DNA of 64,000 nt, from positions 629,110-693,109 of the forward strand of contig OY969428.1 of the NCBI GenBank assembly GCA_963699275.1. Reading direction: 5' to 3'. A model generated the notes under the pieces. The model did no database searches and was not told where the DNA came from. It saw nothing but the letters and a program-made list of their open reading frames with translations. The position numbers and the translations under genes were made by a program. The first letter of the stretch is position 1. Each line of letters begins with the position of its first letter. Below, piece by piece: positions 1 to 8,973 of this stretch. Source of the stretch: an uncultured bacterium (GTDB taxonomy: Bacteria; Babelota; Babeliae; Babelales; Babelaceae).

Positions 1-153
1 AAAGAAAAAAGGGATTTAACAGTATTTGATGATGGGCCTGGATATTATATTATCTCTCTCAGTATTCCAGGCGGCAGAGTTATAACAACCCAGCAAAATG
101 TTACTTTGGCTGCTAATGCACAACTCACAGCACTTCAGCAACCAAAAAAATGA
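1..153 (+). CDS. C-terminal end of a small exported-protein paralog (5' part outside window)
   Basis: Frame is open from base 1 to TGA at 151-153. The tail ...DDGPGYYIISLSIPGG... shares the GPG-aromatic-Y-hydrophobic motif with the 451..870 product (GPGLYVLRLERNF) and the split copy (GPGFYLLRLELTF). Confidence 0.4.
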   Translation, partial: KEKRDLTVFDDGPGYYIISLSIPGGRVITTQQNVTLAANAQLTALQQPKK

Positions 154-450
154 GCCAAGGCTCACAGCAAAGTTTCTCGTCATACCATGGGGTGTGCGCG
201 TTGCTACGGCAGTAGCTGCCGCCCAACAAGGTTCTGCGGCTGCACAACAAGGCTCAACTTTACCAATAGCCTAAATTAACCTGTAACTTAATTGGCCTCG
301 TATGTTCGTAAATACGAGGCCTGAGGATTACAAGAAGAAAAATCAAAGTGGCAAAGGAAATTGGATTAGGCATCAAATGAAAGGATGCTTTTCATTTTAT
401 CCTCGAGTTTGACGCGGGAAAGTACAGCTCAATAATTAAAGGAGTATATT

Positions 451-870
451 ATGAACAACATATCGATATCGGTATTAGTAAGTGCAGTTTTATTTGCGAT
501 GGCAGGATGCCAAGCATTTAGTTTGGTGAACTCGACCAATATTCCCGTTAAATTCTCATACATGAAAGCCACGAGAATGCTTCTTGTTGGGGAAGGGGGA
601 CCAATGCGCACCTATCCGGTTGGCCCACATGACGTAAGGAACGTAGGTCGACTTCAAGATGGTCCCGGGTTGTATGTATTACGTCTCGAGCGTAACTTTA
701 CGGTAGCCGATGTGATTACTGCCGATATAAATGATCAAACAGAACTTGAAGCCATTCAACCAATCCCTCAAATTCCTACTGCTATGAAGCTCAGGGTAAT
801 TGAGCATATCCCATTAGCAAGTTCCTCTATTTTTATGGCGCCACATTCTAGAAAGGAGAACTGTGAATAA
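451..870 (+). CDS. small putative lipoprotein, unknown function (intact family member)
   Basis: 139-aa ORF with RBS aaaggag at 438-444. N-terminus MNNISISVLVSAVLFAMAGC has a hydrophobic leader ending in a lipobox-like AMAGC. Confidence 0.6.
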   Translation: MNNISISVLVSAVLFAMAGCQAFSLVNSTNIPVKFSYMKATRMLLVGEGGPMRTYPVGPHDVRNVGRLQDGPGLYVLRLERNFTVADVITADINDQTELEAIQPIPQIPTAMKLRVIEHIPLASSSIFMAPHSRKENCE

Positions 871-971
871 AATATTGATATCCGTCCTAATAAGTGCAGT
901 TTTATTTGTGATAGGTGGATGCCAAGCATTTAGCTTGGCGAACTCAACAAATAGTCTCCTTAAATTCTCAT
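863..971 (+). pseudogene. 5' fragment of a paralog of the 451..870 gene, truncated by the IS insertion
   Basis: GTG at 863 with aggag at 854-858. It encodes VNKILISVLISAVLFVIGGCQAFSLANSTNSLLKFS, collinear with MNNISISVLVSAVLFAMAGCQAFSLVNSTNIPVKFS. Nucleotide homology stops after ttaaattctcat (about 971). Confidence 0.75.
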
Positions 972-1070
972 CGCAACCTCTGCTGCGGAGACCCCTTGCT
1001 TGAGCGATGGGGAGGAAGCACCTTTTTTTAATTTAACAAACATATCAAATAATGATATAGTTTGCGTATT

Positions 1071-2253
1071 ATGGAAAGAACAATAATAGTAGAACTAAAT
1101 GTTACTAGTGAACAGCCAGCTGCATTGAGCGAGACACTCAGAGAGCATACTGAGTGCTTTAATTTCAATGCAAAGGTTGGTTTTGAATCAAAATGCAGCA
1201 ACAGTGTTGAACTACATAAAAAAACATATCGTCGATTGCGTAGTCTCTATAATTTACCTTCTCAGCTTCAGATTGCAGCTCGAGAAAGCTGCCGAAGCAG
1301 TTAAAAGCGCGCTCACCTGGGAAATGAAACAGGCTTTATATATAGAACGGGCAAAAAAGAATGGAAAGCCTCTACCAAAACCTATTACTGCGCCATATTC
1401 TAAGTGTGCTCTCATTCGTTATGATCAACGGTCATATTGGGTTAATTGGGACTCAATGACCGCCAGTCTCTTAACAGTAAATGGGCGCATTAAGGTTCCC
1501 TTTACAGCCAATAAGCATGCTGCTCAATATATTTGTTATGAAACTAGGTCTGCTGATCTTTGCTTTCGCAATGGTCACTTCTATTTACATATTGTTGTAT
1601 CTATACCAGCTCCTGTTGTTGAACCAACTCAGGAGGTAATCGGTGTTGATCTTGGCATTACGCGTCCAGCGGTTACATCAAATTATTTTTTCTTAGGTGA
1701 ACGTAAAACGAAAGAAGGTGAACAACGTATATTTAGACTTCGTCGCAAACTACAAGCCAAAGGCACCCTCTCTGCCAAAAGACATCTTAATAAGTTGAGG
1801 GGGAAACTGTTTCGGAAAAGAGAGAATGACGACCATGTTCTTAGCAAAAGATTGAGTCAAAGTGCCTCCGCAGGAGGTACAATCGTCTTTGAAGATATTG
1901 CTGGTATTCGTGGAAATGCGAGCCGTAAAAAAGGTAAGGGTAAGCGCCAGTTGCACTCTTGGAGCTATAACCAACTTTACAGATTTACTGAATACAAGGC
2001 GGAAGCTCGTGGTATCAAAGTTGTAAAGGTTGACCCGCGACATACGAGCCAGAGGTGTTCTCGATGCGGACATACAGAACGAGCTAATCGAAAATCTCAA
2101 AGTCTATTTCTTTGCAAGAAATGTGGGTACTGTCTCAATGCTGACTTGAATGCATCAAAAAATATTCGAGACAGGTATATATCGTCTCTCGCCGACCTTG
2201 GTATATCCTCGGTCGGTGGCCCGCAGATCACACGGGCTATTGTCTCAACATGA
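1071..2253 (+). pseudogene. tnpB: TnpB (IS605 OrfB) RNA-guided nuclease with an apparent +1 frame break near 1285-1300
   Basis: The N-terminal 78 aa (MERTIIVELNVT...LPSQLQIAARE) are in the frame of ORF 1062..1304. The rest (EKAAEAVKSAL... to 2253) is in the frame of ORF 1168..2253. RuvC-I is VIGVDLGITRP, RuvC-II is IVFEDIAGIRG, the Zn finger is CSRCGH...CKKCGY, and RuvC-III is LNADLNASKNI. Confidence 0.85.
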
Positions 2254-2349
2254 GTTAGAGACAAGCCCCTTGAATTTATTCATGGGGTATGTGACACGTG
2301 AAATCTGTAAGAACCCCTCTTATAGGCCCGAAAGGCTTCGTACCTACCT
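2100..2349 (+). ncRNA. predicted position of a TnpB-associated omega-RNA (right-end RNA); not shown directly
   Basis: In characterised TnpB elements the guide RNA scaffold overlaps the 3' end of tnpB and runs to the right element end. This region holds the right-end hairpin ccccttgaatttattcatgggg (about 2265-2286). Placement rests on positional analogy only. Confidence 0.25.
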
Positions 2350-2610
2350 ATAAAGGACCATACCTATGCTGTTGAACCATATGAAACAAGGAATTTTCCG
2401 CTTCCGGAGGGTCCAGGGTTCTATTTATTGCGTCTCGAACTTACGTTTGGCTTATTCGGCCAGATTCTTGAAGATATAGATGATCGAACAAGACTTGAAG
2501 CTTTTCAACCACTCCCTGGATATCCCACTGAGCTCAAAGTAATTTAGCCAATGGAATTAGCAAGTTCCTCTATTTTTGTTGCAGATCAATTACTTGCTTT
2601 TTTTTGCTAA
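2350..2610 (+). pseudogene. 3' fragment of the interrupted paralog, with an additional in-frame TAG at 2545-2547
   Basis: It translates to IKDHTYAVEPYETRNFPLPEGPGFYLLRLELTFGLFGQILEDIDDRTRLEAFQPLPGYPTELKVI*PMELASSSIFVADQ.., collinear with residues about 54-130 of the 451..870 product. The TAG aligns with a Glu codon in the intact copy. Confidence 0.75.
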
Positions 2611-2848
2611 GCGTTTTGCCTTTGCAAATAAAAAGGCATGTTAAACTAGGATAGATGCACAAGCAAATGTACATTAAATAGTTGGATGAAGTTAGGGCAT
2701 TTATTTTAGTAATTATCGAGCGACTTCTAATGATTTTTTCAAATTGCGCTGATTTACCTGTTTCGTAATATGACTGTAGGCGTTTAATTGAGGTAACGGC
2801 GCAGCATCGTTTTTTTGAGTAAGAATCGATTTTTACTTATAGTATGAA

Positions 2849-4744
2849 TCAGGATTGAGGTATTAGGAGGCTAATACCATTAGGATCATCAGGACTGCAG
2901 AGCATACCTGTCATTGCATGAACGTTGATTTCCATGAGACTTGGATCAAATGTAAAATGTTTTATCTCGTTAGTAATTTTGCGATTAAATTCCTTCCAAA
3001 TTGGAAGAGCAGTTTGGGCAGCGAAGACATCATCCCCTAACGCTTTATTGTCATCAAATCCAACATATACTCCAGTACAGTAGCGAGGAGTTGCCCCGAC
3101 AAACCAACAGGTACGTGCATCATTTGTGGTTCCTGTTTTGCCAAGCGCATCAAAATCAAACCATCGTTCAGGACTACGTTTTTTTGCCTCTTCGATTTTT
3201 AGCATGAGAATTCTCCCCACTTGGCTGCTGATACGTGGGTTGAGCACCTGTTTCTTTTCAGGCTTGGCTTTCCATAATTTTGTTCCCCACTCATCTTTAA
3301 TCCATAGCACAGAATGAGGTTCAACCAGAGTACCTTGTTGTGCAAACATGTTCATGAAACAGGCCGCCTCACTGACGGTAACGTCAAGACATCCTAAAGC
3401 AAGAGAAGGATAAGGGTTGGTAGCCTCAAGACCACATTCACGTGCAAGGTTTACGAGAGATTGGGGATTTGATGATAACAGTGTTTTAATCGCTATAATA
3501 TTATTTGATGTTGAAAGAGCATGGCCGAGGGTCATTTGGCCGTCGAATCTATCAGTTGCATTTTTGGGACTCCATTCTTGATTGTAACAAGTGAGAGTAA
3601 TAGGCTCATCTATTTCTGTTTCTGAAAAAGATCTACCAAGCGAAAGAGCATGAGCAAAGACTAGTGGTTTAAATGCCGATCCCATTTGTCTACGTGCTTT
3701 AAGAGCTCGATTGAATTGCGACACCTGGAAGCTGCAGCCTCCGATGAGTGCCTTTATCGCGCCTGTGGTTCCTTCAATGCAAAGCAGAGCTCCTTCAAGT
3801 TGTGGCGAGAATTTTTTATGGAGTTTTTCAAACTGCTTGGCAAATACTGTCTCGGCAGCTTCTTGCATTTTCTTATTAAGAGTGGTTTGGATGATAAGGC
3901 CACCTGTATAGAGTTTTTGTTTGCCTACGGTCTCTTCTAAAAATATACGAATCGATTCCTTAAGGTGTGGTGCAAGAGATTTTGAATCTCTTTTTAAAAC
4001 GGTGATAGGTTTTTCGCGAGCGGCTTCATAATCCGGCTTAGTGATGAAGCCGAGCGTATGCATATTTTTTAAAATAAGGTTGCGCCGTTTTTTTGTAGAG
4101 GTGGGGTTATAAAGAGGGCAATATTCTTGTGGGCAGCGCACAATTGAAGCAAGAACTGCAGCCTCATCGATTGAAACCTCTTGGATATGTTTTGACCAGA
4201 AGCGCTGACTTGCTGCTTCTACGCCATAGATGCCAGATCCAAGATAGATATGATTAAGATAGGTTTCAAGAATCTGTTCTTTAGTAAATTGATGCTCTAC
4301 CACAAGTGAAATGATCTGTTCTTTTACTTTCCGCTTAAAACTTTTCTCCGTTTCAAAAAAAAGCAGCCGAACAAGCTGTTGAGTAATCGTACTCGCTCCT
4401 TGTGCTTTGCGTAGCTGAGTTGTATTTACAAGGATTGAGCGCGCGATACCTTTGAGCGAAAGACCGGAGTGTCGGAAAAATGACCAGTCTTCTGCGGCGA
4501 TAAAGGCTTTGATGACGTGCTGAGGGATCTCACTTAATTTAATGACATCTCGCTTATCAAGCTGAAACCGGCCCCACTCATTTCCTTCATCATCTAAGAG
4601 AATTGATGGCTTGCCGGGATTATAATGTTCAAGAACCGAAAAATCTACCCACGGCTGCTCGGTCACATAAAAGAGTACTCCTAAGCAGGTGCAAAAGAAG
4701 AGGATAATAACACAGAGGAGTCCAAAAAAAATACGTTTTATCAT
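2849..4744 (-). CDS. mrcA: bifunctional class A penicillin-binding protein (glycosyltransferase + transpeptidase), PBP1A type
   Basis: N-terminal TM segment. GT51 motifs EDWSFFRHSGLS, GASTITQQLVR and RKVKE. Transpeptidase motifs SAFKP (SxxK), STSNN (SxN) and KTGTTND (KTG). Confidence 0.9.
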   Translation of the reverse strand: MIKRIFFGLLCVIILFFCTCLGVLFYVTEQPWVDFSVLEHYNPGKPSILLDDEGNEWGRFQLDKRDVIKLSEIPQHVIKAFIAAEDWSFFRHSGLSLKGIARSILVNTTQLRKAQGASTITQQLVRLLFFETEKSFKRKVKEQIISLVVEHQFTKEQILETYLNHIYLGSGIYGVEAASQRFWSKHIQEVSIDEAAVLASIVRCPQEYCPLYNPTSTKKRRNLILKNMHTLGFITKPDYEAAREKPITVLKRDSKSLAPHLKESIRIFLEETVGKQKLYTGGLIIQTTLNKKMQEAAETVFAKQFEKLHKKFSPQLEGALLCIEGTTGAIKALIGGCSFQVSQFNRALKARRQMGSAFKPLVFAHALSLGRSFSETEIDEPITLTCYNQEWSPKNATDRFDGQMTLGHALSTSNNIIAIKTLLSSNPQSLVNLARECGLEATNPYPSLALGCLDVTVSEAACFMNMFAQQGTLVEPHSVLWIKDEWGTKLWKAKPEKKQVLNPRISSQVGRILMLKIEEAKKRSPERWFDFDALGKTGTTNDARTCWFVGATPRYCTGVYVGFDDNKALGDDVFAAQTALPIWKEFNRKITNEIKHFTFDPSLMEINVHAMTGMLCSPDDPNGISLLIPQS

Positions 4745-4798
4745 AACACGGCTTATAAAAAGGAGCGATTTCTAGTACGCTGTCAATATAAGGATATC

Positions 4799-5284
4799 AT
4801 GCATTTGGCTCCTCTCAAAGGGGCAGCGGGAGGCAGAATGATAAAGACCTGGCAAACGGTTTTCTTGTCAGCACTATGCTTTATAATTGATATGACTATT
4901 TTCTCTTACACGGGAAGACCGCGGGTATTTTTCGCATCCTCTTTATTTTATGCTCTGTGTCCTCAGGGCTCTTTTACTCAGATAATAATAGCCGGATGCT
5001 ATGTGTTGCTTGAGTCCTTTGCACTATCACACGTCATGGGAGCTGATCTTGTAGTGATGGTTCCATTGGGCCTTTTTCTTTCGAAAGTTGCTCAGCTAGC
5101 AGATATGAACATGGTGACACAGATGTTTGCTGTTGCTCTGTGCGGAATAATTCACTATTTAGTCATGGATTATTGGTGGCTCGGCCTTGGTATCAGCGTA
5201 CCGCTCCTCTTTACTTATTTAATAAATGCGATAATTGTGGTATACTTAGTACAAGGTAGTCGAGGCAATCGCTCAGTAATATGA
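4799..5284 (+). CDS. polytopic small membrane protein, unknown function
   Basis: 161-aa ORF (alternative start ATG 4838) with 4-5 hydrophobic segments. Its last 30 nt or so overlap the predicted 5' end of rnpB. No diagnostic motif was recognised. Confidence 0.45.
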   Translation: MHLAPLKGAAGGRMIKTWQTVFLSALCFIIDMTIFSYTGRPRVFFASSLFYALCPQGSFTQIIIAGCYVLLESFALSHVMGADLVVMVPLGLFLSKVAQLADMNMVTQMFAVALCGIIHYLVMDYWWLGLGISVPLLFTYLINAIIVVYLVQGSRGNRSVI

Positions 5285-5585
5285 GAGGAAAGTCCGGACT
5301 CCAAACGAACAAGGCACCTTAGGAAAACTAAGGAAGGCGTAAGCCTCTGGAAAGTGCCACAGAAAATAACCGCCCGAGGAAGCAATTCCTCTGGTAAGGG
5401 TGAAAACGGGTGGTAAGAGCACCCGGTTCATGCTCGTAAGAGTATGAAGGGGCAAACCCTGCCTGGAGCAAGACAAAGTAGGCATGGACGGCGTTCGTTA
5501 CGGTTTGAACATGCGGGTATGTCGCCTAGATAGATGGTTGCCAACCTTTATAGGTACAGAATCCGGCTTAACGGCTACCTTATCA
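5250..5585 (+). ncRNA. rnpB: RNase P RNA, bacterial type A
   Basis: Conserved blocks are GAGAGGAAAGTCCGGACTCC (5283-), AAAGTGCCACAGAAAA, GGTAAGGGTGAAAA, GGTAAGAGCAC and ACAGAATCCGGCTTA (5557-5571). P1 pairing joins aaggtagtcg (5253-5262) with cggctacctt (5572-5581). Confidence 0.92.
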
Positions 5586-5603
5586 TTCAATAAAAGGCTT
5601 AGT

Positions 5604-6308
5604 ATGTCCTCTCTTAGGCACTTTATACGTTCAACGTCTGTATCATTTCTGTGGATCCTTCCATTTATAGCTTTTTTACTGGGATATCAGCTTTTACGCA
5701 TTTTTACGCATACTCAGACAATTGCGGTTCCTTCAGTTGTTGGTCTTCATATGAATGATGCGATAAAGCTTCTTTCAGCAAACCGCCTTAATGTGCGTAT
5801 CCTCTCAGAAAAAGAGGAGGCTGATCTTCCTGAAGGCGTCATCTTAATGCAAACTCCAAGCCAAGGGACGGTAGTAAAGCCTCATCAGTCGATTTTTTTA
5901 GTGGTAACCCGCAGACCTCCGAAACCTCGGGCTCCTGAAGTCTATGGCCTTTCTAAGGCCGAAGCACTTTCAAAAGCTGAGCAGCTAGATATACGGCTTA
6001 AGATGTATGAGATTGAAAGTATCTATCCAGAAGGGATTTCCATTGCACAAAATGTCCAACCGGGCCATGAGCTTTCTGATAAGACTCTTTCGCTCTATCT
6101 CTCTTCAGGGACTACACCTCTCAGGATATTTCCCGACCTTAAGGGAAAGAAAGTTGACGAGGTAACTACTTTTTTTAAACCATATGGCATACAAGTTGAG
6201 GTAGTACCCAGCGATGTTATAGATGGCCAAATAATTGATCAGCGGCCATTATCAGGTACCCTTATAGATCTCAAAAAAACACCTTCGGTAACCGTTACAG
6301 TGCGTTAA
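5604..6308 (+). CDS. membrane-anchored protein with three PASTA domains and no kinase or PBP domain
   Basis: Start moved to ATG 5604 because the upstream part of ORF 5484..6308 lies inside rnpB. One TM segment (VSFLWILPFIAFLLGYQLL) is followed by three repeats of about 65 aa of PASTA type (VPSVVGLHMNDAIKLL...; APEVYGLSKAEALSKA...; IFPDLKGKKVDEVTTFF...). Confidence 0.75.
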   Translation: MSSLRHFIRSTSVSFLWILPFIAFLLGYQLLRIFTHTQTIAVPSVVGLHMNDAIKLLSANRLNVRILSEKEEADLPEGVILMQTPSQGTVVKPHQSIFLVVTRRPPKPRAPEVYGLSKAEALSKAEQLDIRLKMYEIESIYPEGISIAQNVQPGHELSDKTLSLYLSSGTTPLRIFPDLKGKKVDEVTTFFKPYGIQVEVVPSDVIDGQIIDQRPLSGTLIDLKKTPSVTVTVR

Positions 6309-6449
6309 TGCTCTGATCAGCACAAAATTATATAGCTTTCTAAAAAAGGATATGCTATTCTTACCCATTGACAGGGCCTTGCCTTAGTCAGGCGGGCGGG
6401 AATAGTTTCAAATAACTGGCGGAATGCCACAATCTCTGAAGGGTTTTTT

Positions 6450-6797
6450 ATGAAACACATACTTGTATTAGGTGTTTTACTTGCTGCTGTCTCAACAGCG
6501 AATGCTAATTTTGTTGCAGATTTTAAAGAACCAAGCAAAAATCAAGCGGTTTCGGCAGGAAAAGCAATACTTGCTGCTGCTGTAGGGATTTATGGGGCTT
6601 GGGCTGTGTGGGAAATGGCAAAGCCTGATGCAGAACTTTGGAATCAAGTGAGACATTTTAATGATCCTGGAACAGATAAATTGGCGAGGGTTAATAGGAT
6701 TGCAAAGCTTCTTGTAGCAAGTGGTGCTACTGCTTACGCGGTGTATTTCGCATTGTTTGAATGCCTAGTTCCTAATGCAAAAGCAGCAATTAAATAA
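6450..6797 (+). CDS. small exported/membrane protein, unknown function
   Basis: 115-aa ORF with signal-like N-terminus MKHILVLGVLLAAVSTANA, two further hydrophobic helices, and a hairpin plus T-tract downstream. Confidence 0.5.
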   Translation: MKHILVLGVLLAAVSTANANFVADFKEPSKNQAVSAGKAILAAAVGIYGAWAVWEMAKPDAELWNQVRHFNDPGTDKLARVNRIAKLLVASGATAYAVYFALFECLVPNAKAAIK

Positions 6798-6816
6798 GCG
6801 TCTATTTAATTGATAA

Positions 6817-6850
6817 GGGCTCCGAGCAGATTTTGTTCGGGGCTCTTTTT
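6817..6850 (+). terminator. rho-independent terminator-like hairpin
   Basis: gggctccga-(loop)-tcggggctc followed by ttttt. It sits between convergent genes 6450..6797 (+) and uppS (-) and overlaps the uppS stop codon. Confidence 0.5.
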
Positions 6851-7643
6851 ATTTGCCAAAGTTCCGCTTACGTTGAGTATATTCTTTTAAAGCATCGTCA
6901 AGATCTTTGGCCGTGAGTTCTGGCCAGAGACGGTCAGTGAAATACAGTTCACTATAGGTAGTTTGATAGGTCAAGAAGTTACTTAATCGCTTAACTCCGC
7001 CTGTACGGATGATAAGATCAGGGTCGGGCAGTCTGTTCGTCCACAGATATTTTTTAAAAGTTTCTTCATCAATGTCATTGATTTTTCCATCTTTGACGTC
7101 TTTGACAATCGCTTTCACTGCTGAAAGAATTTCTTGGCGACCCCCATAACAGAAGAGTACATTCAGTAGTAATTTAGATCCTTCTGCAGTTTCTCGCTCT
7201 ACTCGGGCAATCGTGTCTCGAATCGTCTCAGGGAATTTTGTAGTATCACCAATAAAGCGTACCTGAACCCCATTTTTTATAAGATCAGGAAGGGCCTTCT
7301 GAGCTTCTTCAATCATGATCGAGAATATTGCACTGATTTCTTCTGGGCTGCGCTGGAAATTCTCAAGAGAAAAGGCATATACGGAGACGATTTCAATGTT
7401 ATGTTCGAGACAATAGTGCACTACTCTGCGCACAGTCTCAGCGCCACGACGATGGCCCATTTGCTTGACCAAATTTCGCTTTTCAGCCCAGCGACGATTG
7501 CCATCCATAATAATTGCAAGATGCTTAAGTGGGGGACGTATATCGAGCGCTGAATCAGTGGGCGTATTGCTGAAAAATTTAATAAACCGGTGAGCAAGAG
7601 GTAAACAGAGGATAAGTGAAAAAAGAATAAGCGGTCGTGACAT
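6849..7643 (-). CDS. uppS: undecaprenyl-diphosphate synthase (cis-isoprenyl transferase) with a hydrophobic N-terminal extension
   Basis: HLAIIMDGNRRWA, VSVYAFSLENFQRS and DLIIRTGGVKRLSNFLTYQTTYSELYF. The first 20 aa or so (MSRPLILFSLILCLPLAHRF) are hydrophobic. Confidence 0.9.
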   Translation of the reverse strand: MSRPLILFSLILCLPLAHRFIKFFSNTPTDSALDIRPPLKHLAIIMDGNRRWAEKRNLVKQMGHRRGAETVRRVVHYCLEHNIEIVSVYAFSLENFQRSPEEISAIFSIMIEEAQKALPDLIKNGVQVRFIGDTTKFPETIRDTIARVERETAEGSKLLLNVLFCYGGRQEILSAVKAIVKDVKDGKINDIDEETFKKYLWTNRLPDPDLIIRTGGVKRLSNFLTYQTTYSELYFTDRLWPELTAKDLDDALKEYTQRKRNFGK

Positions 7644-8281
7644 TATACCCTCCGTTTCGTATCTCGTGCGAGCAGGTTTTTTACAAGAGACATTATGCTT
7701 ACTGTTCCGTAATAGGCTGCTGTCATAAGAAGTGCGAACATAAGTCGTTCAATCCACACAAGCGACATAAGGGATTTCCAAAAGAGAGGATTAGTCTCGT
7801 GGGTATATAGCCAAAGTACTGAACCAATGGCATGAGTCGTTAACGTACTTGCACAGGCCCGCATGAATATAGAGCGTACCGATACAATGCTTAATACTAA
7901 TGGCGGTAACCAATAGAGGGTGTAATACCAGCTTGAAAACCCAACAGGATGAAGTAAAAATGAGGTAATACAACTCAAAACCAGGCTTGCTTTAAAGAGC
8001 TGGGAATGTGCCGAGAGATAGAGCGAGCCTCCCAAGGTCGGTAAAAAATGGACCCACGTAAATAGTGAATGGGTAAGCGCAAAGGCGGTGAGGCACCGTG
8101 CAAAGTACACAATTAAGCCGGCTAGATTGCCGCCAAAAAAACCAGCAACTGGTGTAAGACCTGTTGCAAGGCTGAATGAGGCAAATGGGGTACCGATTAT
8201 TGCCGTGAGCGGAATGCGCGCGATACCTTGTATGAACGCCCCGTAAAGACCTGAAAAAATTATTTTTTTAACGTTTGTCAT
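7643..8281 (-). CDS. integral membrane protein (about 6 TM), unknown function
   Basis: 212-aa hydrophobic ORF whose stop overlaps the uppS start (TAATG). No diagnostic motif, and not CdsA-like. Confidence 0.5.
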   Translation of the reverse strand: MTNVKKIIFSGLYGAFIQGIARIPLTAIIGTPFASFSLATGLTPVAGFFGGNLAGLIVYFARCLTAFALTHSLFTWVHFLPTLGGSLYLSAHSQLFKASLVLSCITSFLLHPVGFSSWYYTLYWLPPLVLSIVSVRSIFMRACASTLTTHAIGSVLWLYTHETNPLFWKSLMSLVWIERLMFALLMTAAYYGTVSIMSLVKNLLARDTKRRV

Positions 8282-8478
8282 ACTGAAGAAACCTTTCTTA
8301 TCTAAAAGTATAGCAAATTTTCAATATATTTCACGGAAAAGTTCCCTTTGTCCTCCCTTTTTCCATAAGCTTGCAAACCCATTTCATAGTGTGAGATAAA
8401 TTGAAAAGGATAAGTTTTTTTTAAATATTTGCTTTGCGTTGTACCGGTACATTCTTACATGTGTAAGAGGAAAGTATT

Positions 8479-8808
8479 ATGAGTAAAAAAATAAAAACGA
8501 CATATGATGAATTGATGGAGTCCATGACACCTCAAGAAAGGAATGGGTATGAAAAGGAACTTAAAGATTTCATCATTTCAGAACTTGTTTTAGCAGCCAT
8601 GGAGGAAGATAATATCTCGGTTAGAAGACTTGCAAAACTCGCGGGTGTATCCCCTACGATTGTTCAAGAAATGCGATCAGGTTCAAAAAAAAGTTATAAT
8701 ACCAAAAGCTTTTTTAAGGTGCTAAAGAGTCTCGGTTATAACTTTCTCCTCGAACGTAAGGGACATATTACACTCTTAGGTTTTACGCATGTTAGTAAAA
8801 AAGGGTGA
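8479..8808 (+). CDS. XRE-type helix-turn-helix DNA-binding protein
   Basis: ISVRRLAKLAGVSPTIVQEMRSG is a typical HTH_XRE helix-turn-helix. RBS gaggaaag lies upstream of ATG 8479. Confidence 0.6.
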   Translation: MSKKIKTTYDELMESMTPQERNGYEKELKDFIISELVLAAMEEDNISVRRLAKLAGVSPTIVQEMRSGSKKSYNTKSFFKVLKSLGYNFLLERKGHITLLGFTHVSKKG

Positions 8809-8973
8809 AAAATCTTTAATGTCCAGTTTCGCAGGAGCTAAGACAATTACTCCTCGAAAATATAGGCAAAAATATCTGGTAGACAAGATAACTAGGCTGA
8901 TTCACAATCAACAACATTAAAAATATTAAAGTAATTAGACCGACAGCTAAAACTAGTTGGATTGATTAATCAT

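Larger units (their letters stand above)
972..2349 (+). mobile_element. IS200/IS605-family, tnpB-only (IS1341-like) insertion element; boundaries approximate
   Basis: About 1.38 kb interrupts the paralog between its KFS codons (left) and the ..TYAVEPYETRNF.. codons (right) and contains a single TnpB ORF. Related imperfect hairpins CCCCTTG...ATGGGG lie near both ends (about 993-1013 and 2264-2286). No Y1 (HUH) transposase ORF is present. Confidence 0.7.

Noticed and set aside
294-321. Perfect 10-bp hairpin ggcctcgtat/atacgaggcc as a terminator
   Set aside because: No T-tract follows on either strand, so it may be a structural or REP-like element. With a single occurrence I cannot say more.
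1062-1304. 80-aa ORF upstream of tnpB as a possible separate gene such as tnpA
   Set aside because: Its sequence is the conserved N-terminal part of TnpB (..LPSQLQIAARE) and joins the main ORF after a one-base frame change. No HUH/Y1 transposase motifs are present.
4799-5284. Assignment as MreD (size, TM count and proximity to PBP1A)
   Set aside because: No diagnostic motif was recognised and no mreBC genes are nearby, so it is kept as an unknown membrane protein.
5273-5603. ORF 5273..5485 (minus) and the first 40 codons of ORF 5484..6308 (plus)
   Set aside because: Both lie on the RNase P RNA, whose conserved blocks and P1 pairing explain the region. The PASTA protein has a plausible start at 5604.
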